Positions 25,101 to 34,600 of a DNA stretch of 64,000 nucleotides are shown here, in pieces; the first letter of the stretch is position 1; the number at the start of each line of letters is the position of its first letter. The stretch spans positions 233,065,741-233,129,740 of the forward strand of contig CM041465.1 of assembly GCA_023213395.1 (NCBI GenBank), read 5' to 3'. The translations under genes and the position numbers were made by a program. Below the pieces are notes generated by a model. That model saw nothing but the letters and a program-made list of their open reading frames with translations. It was not told the origin of the DNA and made no database searches. This stretch comes from Cycas panzhihuaensis (lineage: Eukaryota > Plantae > Cycadophyta).

Positions 25101-26260
25101 ATGGCGATCTTCAGGAGGAGGTGTATTTGGAGCAACCTCCCGGATACAAAGTACAAGGCAAGGAGCATCTTGTATATCGCCTAAAAAAGGCGTTATATGG
25201 CTTGAAGCAAGCTTCAAGGGCATGGTACTCAAAGATCGATGACTACTTCTTGAGACATGGGTTTCATCGATCTACTTTAGATCCTAATCTGTATATAAAA
25301 ATGGAAAACCATGTAATTTTGTTGCCTTGTATGTAGATGACTTAGTGATCACTCGTAGCGACACTAAGATGATTCATATTCTCCAAGATGATTTGAAGAG
25401 AAGTTTTGAGATGACAGATCTTGGACTTCTCCATTATTTTTTAGGCTTTGAGATATGGCAACAGCCAGGCTATATCTTTATCTCCCAAGCGAAATATTCT
25501 TGGGACATTTTGCAGCGGTTCAGGATGCACGACTGTAAAACAACGCCTACACCTATGGAGAATGGATCTAAGCTTACTCTCAATGAGGAAGCCGCACAGA
25601 TCCCACACTTTACCTGCGGTTGATTGGGAGTCTCATTTATCTCACCAACACTCTAGGATATTTCATTCTTTGTTGGGATTTGCTCACGTTACATGTCTCA
25701 ACCCAATCGAGATACCTTTGGAATGCGAAACGCATACTTAAGTACATCAAAGGCACATTCTGACATGGCCTTGAGTATGCACATAATGAGAACTTCACTC
25801 TGGAAGGGTTCTCGATTCGATTAGGCGAGTTGCCAAGATAGCGGAGATCAACCTCGGGATCTTGTTTTTCCCTTGGTTCGGTTGTTTCGTAGAGTTGCAA
25901 GAAGCAACCCAATGTTACCTTGTCCTCCACGAGCGGTACAAAGGCTGCGGTCGGTAGCGACTTGTGAGGCTATCGCTCTGACGGATTCTTGGGGAACTTG
26001 GACTTGAGCAGGTCACCCCACCGGGATACATTGCGACAATCAAAGTGTGCTCAAGTTAGCTAAGAATCCAGTCTTTCATGCGGACAAAACACATCGAGGT
26101 TCACCATCACTTCATCGAGAGAACATGTTCGGAATGGTGAGATCAACCTCCGGATCTGAGACCTACAGAGGAGCGGGGCAGACATCTTTACCAAGCCTCT
26201 TGGTAGAGACAAGTTTGTAAAATTCGAGATGGTCTTGGTGTTCGACTTAACATTGTAAAG
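22135..26260 (+). pseudogene. Copia-3 gag-pol, heavily frameshifted as written
   Basis: Collinear with the Copia-2 polyprotein (WIIDSRAS, PQQNGVSERMNRTL, MDVKSVFLNG, YVDD). Many short deletions. Confidence 0.9.
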
Positions 26261-26270
26261 CGATGAGGGG

Positions 26271-27554
26271 TGTTAAACCTTATGTTTAAATGTTAAGTTA
26301 ATGTACTTTATTTTCATGTAATATATGCACTTTTTACTTTAGGGGTGACTTATCACTTAAGTGATAAAGTGCACACCACATTCTTTCTAGTGACACAACG
26401 TTGTCACTAAAGATCAAATGGACCCTCATGCACTTTTGCTCACATAAGAGCCCAAAGGACACATGTCCAACATGCAAGGCATGTATCTTGGATGTTTGAC
26501 ACTTGTCAAACATCCAAGGCCTTAGGTCTCTCATTTCACTCTATATAATGAGACCTTTCCTCATTGTCTCACACAAGAGTTGGAGCTGTATTGTTATGCT
26601 ATCAGTTTGCTAATCAAACTGTTTCTTCTTGGGAGGTTGGACCAATTCCAACTCCACATATTGGGTATCATTTTCTCTTGCTCCTTCATTCAAGTTTTGT
26701 CTCTTTGCTTTCTCTTTGCCTTGAGTTTATTATACTTGTTTATATTTCTGCAACTAGAACTAGAGTGATGCTAGTTTCTAGATCTAGGGACTGTTGAGGC
26801 CATCTAGCCTCTTTTTGTGCCTTTAAAAAAAGCTCCAAAATGCTTGATCCTGCAAAAAAACCTTCAAACAAACCTTGGATCACCTTTGGAGTGCGAAGGT
26901 CGTCACCAAGGGTTTGTTGCTTTCTTCAAAGAACTCCTTGAGCAGCTGCAAAAAAATAGTAGAACAGAGGGAGCTAGTCTTCTCTAGCTCTGATACCAAA
27001 TGTGAAAAGAGGCTAGATGGCCTCAACAGTCCCTAGATCTAGAAACTAGCATCACTCTAGTTCTAGTTGCAGAAATATAAACAAGTATAATAAGCTCAAG
27101 GCAAAGAGAAAGCAAAGAGACAAAACTTGAATGAAGGAGCAAGAGAAAATGATACCCAATATGTGGAGTTGGAATTGGTCCAACCTCCCAGAAGAAAGCA
27201 GTTTGATTAGCAAACCGATAGCATAACAATCTGACTCCAACTCTTGTGTGAGACAATGAGGAAAGGTCTCATTATATAGAGTGAAATGAGAGACCTAAGG
27301 CCTTGGATGTTTGACAAGTGTCAAACATCCAAGATACATGCCTTGCATGTTGGACATGTGTCCTTTTGGGCTCTTATGTGAGCAAAAGTGCATGAGGGTC
27401 CATTTGACCCTTTAGTGACAATGTTGTGTCACTAGAAAGAATGTGGGTGTGCACTTTATCACTTAAGTGATAAGTCACCCCTAAAGTAAAAAGTGCATAT
27501 ATTACATGAAAAATAAAAGTACATTAACTTAACATTTAAACATAAGGTTTAACA
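26271..27554. repeat. ~545-bp inverted repeat (two LTRs) with ~190-bp spacer
   Basis: 26271-26815 is the reverse complement of 27005-27554. The ORF track shows mirror-image 77-aa and 62-aa ORFs. Confidence 0.97.
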
Positions 27555-29098
27555 TTCAACAGGTCAATCCTGCTTTGATGAAGACTTCATGAATCTTTAA
27601 TAACTCTCATAACTTAACGAACTTAGTTTCTGTCAATCGCTTTGTTAACTTATCAGCAATCTGCAAATCTGTAGGACAATAAGACATATTAATAGTATTA
27701 TCATTTACAAGATTACGAATAAAATGTTGATGCAATTCTATATATTTAGTTCTAGAGTGTGCTACATGATTAGTCACAATAGAAATAGGACCTTGATTAT
27801 CAACTTTTATTTGAATAGCAAAATCAGAAAACAAATGGAGTTCATTCAATAAAGTTTTAATCCAAAGAGATTCCTTGTTAGCTTCTACCAAGGCTCTATA
27901 TTCAACTATCTGTTGTAGATAGTGCCAATGATTGCATCTTTTTGCTGGACCATGTGATAGGAGAAGAGTCAAGAAAAAAGATATATCCAGCTGTAAATTT
28001 TCGATCATCTAAATCTCCTACCCAATCAGAATCTATGTAACTTGTCAATTTAAGATCATAATTGTAATAATTATATGTTAGACCATAATAAATTGTACCT
28101 TGCAGATATCATAGAATTCATTTTGTTGCTTTCCAGTGTGATTCATGAGGCTTTTGCATATACCTGGAACACAAGGCAACAGCATAAGAAATCTCTGGGC
28201 GAGTGTGGGTTAGGTAAATGAGACTACCTATTAATTAATGATATAACGTGGGATCACAAGGGGGGGTTTGACAATTAGTTGATAAATTTACACCTGATTG
28301 TAGAGGAGTTGGTGTTGGCTTTTTGAACTTTCCATATTTAATCTTTTAATTAGATTAATAATGTACTTAGGTTGTGAAATGGAGATTGTAGATTCAGACT
28401 GACAGATTTGAAGACCTAAAAAAATAGTGAAGAAGTCCTAAGTTAGTCATTTCGAATTTATTCATTAGAATACGCTTTAATTTATGTTGATAATATTATC
28501 AACATAAAGAATTAGAATAGTGATATTATCATTTTCGCGTTTGAAATAGAGGTTATGATTATTAATACATTTAGTCTATCCATTTTGAAGAAGTTAATTG
28601 TCTATTTTGATATACCAAGCCTGAGGGGCTTGTTTTAAGACCATATAAAAACTTTTTGAATTTGCAAACAAGATTGGGATTAGACACAAATGATTATTTC
28701 TAACAATGTGTAGGCATTGGGGGATAGGAGCAAAATAGATCTAGTCTTGCAGTGGACAATTAATGGTACAAGGGTTGAGATGATGTTGTAGTCAACTACA
28801 ATTTGTATTCATTCATAGGCGGCAAGCTCCTTGTCAATAAGGAGGAATTGAAGCATATATGGCTTCATTTACTTTGTGAAAAAAAATAGGTTGGAGTTTG
28901 TTGCCACCTTTTTTTCTCCTTGTTCCAAAAGATTGTAAATGCCATGTATATACGATGTCTAGGTGTACTTGGTTTTTGTAGATGTACACAGTAGGTATAC
29001 ATGTTGAGAAATGCCCGTGTTCTTAGTGTGTCCACTTCAAAGGGGCCACTATACTTAAGGTTAAGGGATATGCTGAACTTAGTCATTTTACTTAGCAG

Positions 29099-29672
29099 GT
29101 TTCTAATGTTCGGGCACTTAGAAAATGGTTAACAGGCTAGAAAACCTCCTTTTGTGAGTTTGTGAGGAGAATACAAAGGATTATCCATCATTTTCCAAAA
29201 CGAGCAAATGAACATTGGAAACCAAGATTGAACTTGCAAATTGCAGGACAACACAAAGAGAATGATCTTGCATTTCATGAAATGAATAGACAAAAAGGGC
29301 CACTCAAGCCCATCGATGTGAATTGCAGGCTATACAAAAAGCGGCCTTGCATCTATGCAAATGAACGAATGAACATGGATCTTCCAATTCCACCCATGCA
29401 AAAAGTTAACAGAATCTAACATAAAGGGACAAAAGGACGCCGCATTAGCGTACTCACACGTGTGACTGGTAAACGACATTATGCTTGATTTTTGAGCCAT
29501 TTTTTACTAGAATGCAGGGCAAAAAATGACAGCCAGCTTGGAATTGAGAGATCTACTTCATTGATTCATCTCCTACTTCTATTAGATCACATGCCTAGAC
29601 AAACGCGACTTGTGCTACATTCGTCACGTGTTGAAAGGTGAACCAAGGAGAAATGGACAATCATTCAAATGA
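29099..29672 (+). pseudogene. Pseudogenised terminal exon (~190 codons) of an unidentified protein, followed by 3'UTR-like sequence
   Basis: Acceptor ttttacttagcag| then one continuous frame FLMFGHLENG...IAGYTKSG...LRDLLH*FISYFY*...DKRDLCYIRHVLKGE. 11 internal stops: 8 TGA, 2 TAG, 1 TAA. Confidence 0.7.
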
Positions 29673-30575
29673 TTGAAATTCACTGTTTGCAATTATCATT
29701 GTTGGGCGACTTTTATGGAGCAGAGATTGCTTTAAAAGTTCAAAATTTTGATGTACAGGGTGTTCTACACATTTTTTGCTCGGTATTATCAAGTATTGTG
29801 TGTGGCTCCATCTTCTCCTCCTCTTCTTTCCTTTTTCAGATTCCATCACTTGTTTAGCTTAATACTGTCACACGTTTGAACATTTCATAGAGTAGATCCC
29901 CATGACCATTCTGGGGCGCTGTGAACTTTATTTCAGTTTCATGTTTTGGTTACGTCATTGGCCTTGGCATGTAATTGTTGTAGAACTCTATTTCCTGATG
30001 AATATAAAGGTTTTCTGCTAAATCTACTTATTGCTAATCTTCGTTTTTGTCAAGAAATAAATCCTTGATGATTAAGAGATTGGCTGCCTAGTTTACCTAG
30101 TGTATAATCTCTTGTATTATCAAGAATCTTGTGTGGTTACAGTAGATGAAACTAACCTAGGCTTGCTGGTGTTTTATTAATTATATCAACACAATTTTAA
30201 TCATGTGAGATCAAGAATGGTTGTAGTATTAAGTACTTTGTTGTTCTCTTATTCTTCTTTTTCTTCTTTGTTTATATTATTGTTTCGACCTTGCCTAAGG
30301 TAGAAGAATGTTTGTAACAGTGCTGCCATACTTTATCATTCTTTTTGTACATATTGTATATTACCCTATTCTCTCAATATGCAAGCCAATCAGTGCTTTT
30401 TAGAGTTGAACAGTTTGTAGTTGTCCTGTTTTTGTACTTGACGATAGAACATTCTACAGGCCGGACCTTGCTATAGCTATTCCATGGCCGGGCGGTTAGG
30501 TAGGTGGGTGGGTTGTGTTGTTTATTGTTTGGGAGGGGGGTGGTGGTGTAGCGTCAACAGGGTTAAGTAATCTTG

Positions 30576-31113
30576 AGAACTTGGTGTTTATGCGTTCCAA
30601 CCTTTGCATTCTCTCTCGTGGAAAAGAGGATCACACTGAGGAGGGGCCTTCACAATTTTGAGATATTGATCCTAGAAGCATCGACTCAGAATCTGGTCAG
30701 TTACCTGTCTTTGATCCTTTTCACTTGCCATTTTTCAGCCCTACTCCTGAATCACTTTCCACAGGAGAAGGATTTTCTTCAGCAACTATTGCATTGCTGC
30801 ATCAAGATCATTCTTTTGAATATCTTCATGATTTTTTGATATATGATAATATATTTGATTACATTGTAAATTTGTATTTGAATTTTGATGCCATTTTAGA
30901 ATAGCAATGCCCCAATTATGTAAATGCATGTCCAATTTCTATTTCAATTCTGTATTTTTTATTTTTAAATGCATATGTTAATAACTTAATGTGTGTTTTT
31001 TCATATATATATATATATATATATATATTTGAAAGCCCTTACTTGACATTTCCACATTTCTAGGAATTTCTGGCAATTAGCATTTCTGTGTTTCCCTGTT
31101 TCTGATATCTTAG
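30576..31113 (+). mobile_element. Second hAT fragment: transposase C-terminal tail and probable 3' end
   Basis: ENLVFMRSNLCILSR...GPSQF*DIDP resembles the LVFVHSNLRLLSR...GPSxxWDI tail of DUF659-type hATs. The end point is approximate. Confidence 0.6.
31003..31027. repeat. (AT)n microsatellite
   Basis: Direct reading. Confidence 0.9.
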
Positions 31114-31383
31114 TTGTAAATTTTTGCCAGTCTTAAAAATACCTTATCATATATCTCTTTCTTTTTCCTATTCTCCATGGCTCTATTTATTTTATATCAG
31201 TCTTGGTTTAATAGTGGAGGTGTTCCTTGCATGCTAGTCTTCTCATACTCCTTGTCCTTTGAAGCCTTTAATTAAGGTATATGGATTTTATGGCTTCTGT
31301 ACGGTATCTCTTTTTGTTATTGTTCATTCTCGCGTAAAGTTATTGTTTGACTTTTTGGCATTTATGATGCTGTGTTATATCAG

Positions 31384-31672
31384 ATGACATTTGTTCGCCT
31401 CCTGGAGATTCTTCCCCTTGTTTTTGGACACATGAGCTCTTTGCAGTTCAAACAGTTATTCTGTGCAGTATCCGGGGACTCCAACCTTGCCATGTCCCTG
31501 ATAGGCGATTCCAAATGGTTTTATGATTTAATTGATTGGGGTCGATCTAAGATTGTAGTCATACAGAGGCGTTGGAAGCAAGCTATGGTTGGTATTCTGA
31601 AGCTTTTCAAGGATCTGACCTATGGTTCTTCTCTGAAGGTTATTAATGCCATGGAATCGATTCTTGCATCTG
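31384..31672 (+). CDS. Helicase exon A (first exon visible)
   Basis: cag|ATGACATTT...TCTG|gtaag; MTFVRLLEILP...DLIDWGRS. Confidence 0.85.
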
Positions 31673-34600
31673 GTAAGATTTTAGTTGATTTTATACTTGG
31701 TTAAGTTTTCTGGTAAAACTCCTTTTTCAAACCGCAACTAATAAAAATTTTGTTTTACAGACAGTCTTGCACTAGATGGATTACAAGAACAGGCATATCT
31801 TCTTTCAATTTCAATGTCAGGGGAAAGTGGTTCTATGTTTCAGAGACAGATAGAGAAGAAGAAACTGGTGCATAATGAGCTTTTGGTCTCCAGAGGAGGA
31901 ATTCTGGTGGATAAACTTAATAGCATGGCTTATGTAGCTTCGCAAGAACAGGATGATGTCGTAGAAGTATACAAGGACACAAATGAAAAGGAGATAATTG
32001 TTCTTTCTGATGATGACATTGAAAAGAAGACAGACAGTTCTTGTGCTATGTCAAAATCATGTGCACATCAGGAAACATTGGCTGTTGCTGTTCAAAAGTT
32101 AATATCAGGGAATGAAAGATCTCACGAGTTCCCTTCAAATGAACAGGTTTATGGAAACAGCAGGAAATCTTCTGCTTCAGTGACAAGTTCTAGCGTGAGC
32201 AGTAACATAGATGGATTTGTTTCTCCTATGATCTCTGGAAGTAAGTCAGTTATCAATGGACCTCAAATTGTATCAGAATCTTGTAATAATAGAGGTACTG
32301 TTCTACCGCCCAATATTGCAAGTGTCATGGAGCCTACAGTACCAGAGTATATTTCACTTGCTATACCTTCTATTACTGCTGAAAAAATGGCTTCTAGTGT
32401 GCAAACTCAGGAGCAAGGACTAACAAGGCGGATTAGTGAGAGTGATCATTTAGGTGGAGTTGGTGACTCTTTATCTGCCAGAAATGATACCGAATCTGAA
32501 GTGTTGAGGGACAGCAGTCAGGATATTGAGAACCATGCTATAAACTCTGATGCACAGAAAGCAGCAACTGTTTCTAAATCTAGTGAGAATTTAGTCCAGA
32601 AGGATTTGGTAAGTGATGGGAAGGATCCTTTGGAAATTGCGCTGGATGCTGCAAGAAATGTGCAATCAATATCAGCAAAGTCCACTCTTCCAAAGCGTCA
32701 ATTGATTCACCTTCAGGTTCCAGTGGAGCATCAGAAGAGCAATTTTGAAAGATTGCATGGTGGCACGACAAAGTATAAACCACCCAGACTAGATGACTGG
32801 TATAAATTAATACTAGAGCTGGACTATTTCTCGGAAGTTGGAATTAGTTTCTGTGAAAGCAACCCTGAGAATTTGCAGGCAGGTCATTTGGCAGAAGTCC
32901 CAACGTCTTTCCACTCACCTGATCATTATATGGAAATATTCCGGCCCTTGGTTTTGGAAGAGTTCAAAGCACAACTGCGACATTCATTTGAAGAGGTGTC
33001 TTCACCAGAAGAAATGTGCTGTGGCATTCTGCACTTGCTATCGGTAGAGAAAGTTGATGATTTTCAACTTGCGCGCTTCATGTCAGAGGCAGGAGAGGAT
33101 GCTGCATCCCGGGGTTGGTGTGAAAATGATTTGGTCTTACTTTCACGGCAGCCTTTCCAGCTTGTATCACAGAATGTCCATATGGTTGGAAAGGTAGTGC
33201 AGAAGGTTTTTTTGGGGTTTTATTGAAACTGCATTGTGGTTTTAATTTGCATCTTGTGTGTGTGTAGTTATGCATGGCTTTCTGTTTGATTCTACTTCTG
33301 TTGGATTCCAGGTAGAACGAAGGGAGAGAGATACTAAAAGCAGATCAACAATTCTGGTTTTAAGATTATATCTTCATTCTGGCAATCTCCGGCTGGCTAA
33401 AGCTAGAAGGCTACTCATTGAGCGGAGTAAATGGTGTATAACGCGTCTTATGAGCATTACACCCCAGCTTCGAGAATTCCAGGCACTCTCAGCTGTAAAA
33501 GATGTTCCTTTGTTGCCTATCATCCTGAATCCATTCAAAGCAGCAATAGAATTTCCTCATGCTAATATTCAAGACCGAGGAATAGATCTGAAAATGCTTC
33601 CGGAGCCATTTCAGAAGCAGCTAAAGCTAGATTTCAATGAGAGTCAACTTAAAGCAATTAGTTCTGTTCTCAAAAGAAGTGACTCGAGAAGAAATTATGA
33701 ACTATCCCTTATTCAGGGGCCTCCAGGTTAAGTCTGATATGTTTTTAGATGCTTTCATTGTTTGAATGCTTTGTTAACTGTAAAAGATGATCATGCTTTG
33801 CTTATTTTGAATGTTGCATTTACTAAAGTTGCTCCATAGGGCAAATGTGGGGTTAATGTGCAGGCACTGGTAAAACAAGAACTATTGTAGCCATTGTGAG
33901 TGTATTGCTTGCTGCGTGTAGAATCTCAAATAATTGCCATGTTGGCATGGGACGGGACAGTCTGTCTTCTTCAAAAAAGGCTGCTACTCCATGCCTCCCT
34001 CCTAAGAAACAAGCAGTGTCTCAGTCTGTCGCAGTAGCAAGGTCCTGGCAGGATGCAGCTCTTGCTAGACAGCTGATTAAGGACGGTGCTAATTCTGTCT
34101 CTAAACAGTCTGGAGTAGAAGAGCCAAAGAGAGGAAGGGTCCTTGTTTGTGCTCAGTCTAATGCAGCAGTTGATGAACTGGTTTCAAGGATATGCAAGAA
34201 TGGTCTCTATAATATGAATGGTCAAACGTATAAACCTTACATAGTCAGAGTTGGAAATGTGAAAACAGTGCATCCGGATTCAATGCCTGTATTTATTGAT
34301 ACATTGGTTGAACAGCGTTTAGGTGAACAAAGACAGAATGAAGCTAATTCTAGTGATGATAGGGCTCATAATCTTACCGCATCACTGAGAATTAGACTTG
34401 AGAAGTTGGTGGAAAAGATCCGTTTGTATGAGGCTAACCGTTCTCATCGTCAAGATGAACGATCAAAGAACAAAAGTTCTATGGAAGATGATGGAAGTTG
34501 TCAAGATGTCGATGGAATACTAAAGTCAGAGGCAGCTTTAACTGCAAAATTGAATAATTTGTACAAACAGAAGAGGGGGATTTGTACAGAACTTGCAGTT

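Larger units (their letters stand above)
20592..27554 (-). mobile_element. Copia-3: young Copia inserted on the minus strand, with internal segment 20596-26815 inverted
   Basis: 5' LTR 27001-27554 and PBS 26987-26998 on the minus strand. gag-pol, PPT and LTR 26271-26815 on the plus strand. The LTR's missing last 4 bp (tgtg) sit at 20592-20595. TSD TTCAG/TTCAA. Confidence 0.88.
20123..28705 (-). mobile_element. Copia-4: internally deleted Copia (3' LTR 20123-20532, PPT, RT-RNaseH relic ~27600-28690, 14-bp 5' LTR stub 28692-28705)
   Basis: TSD ATGTG at 20118-20122 and 28706-28710. gattatttctaaca at both 20519-20532 and 28692-28705. Minus-strand YGLKQAP, LYVD, SRTKYIELHQHFIR, QIAD motifs. Confidence 0.9.
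16345..29026 (+). mobile_element. Decayed hAT-family (BED finger/DUF659/dimerisation domain) transposase in three pieces: 16345-16750, 18826-20122, 28706-~29026
   Basis: SPLYKYVTK...WKYNVC...VKSHL (BED-like); LN|VPRIEEVDIRVAHCIFACGLDF..SPY; FLRAID; VITDNA; LHTLAYALN; AASSLSIRRN*SIYGFIYFVKKNRL. Removing the inserts at their TSDs rejoins the pieces. Non-coding 5' end probably near 8240; TIRs not resolved. Confidence 0.85.

Noticed and set aside
26805-26825. Integrase autointegration as the cause of the inversion
   Set aside because: The geometry resembles an inversion circle, but the junction lies 4 bp inside the LTR, not at the CA end, and both original termini remain next to the TSD.
26564-27256. 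Duplicated 77-aa and 62-aa hydrophobic ORFs as a small gene pair
   Set aside because: They are chance ORFs in the two inverted LTR copies.
29099-29672. TGA=Trp code or organellar U-to-C editing as the explanation for the stops
   Set aside because: TAG and TAA stops also occur, a spliceosomal acceptor precedes the frame, and methyl-C deamination explains all three stop types.
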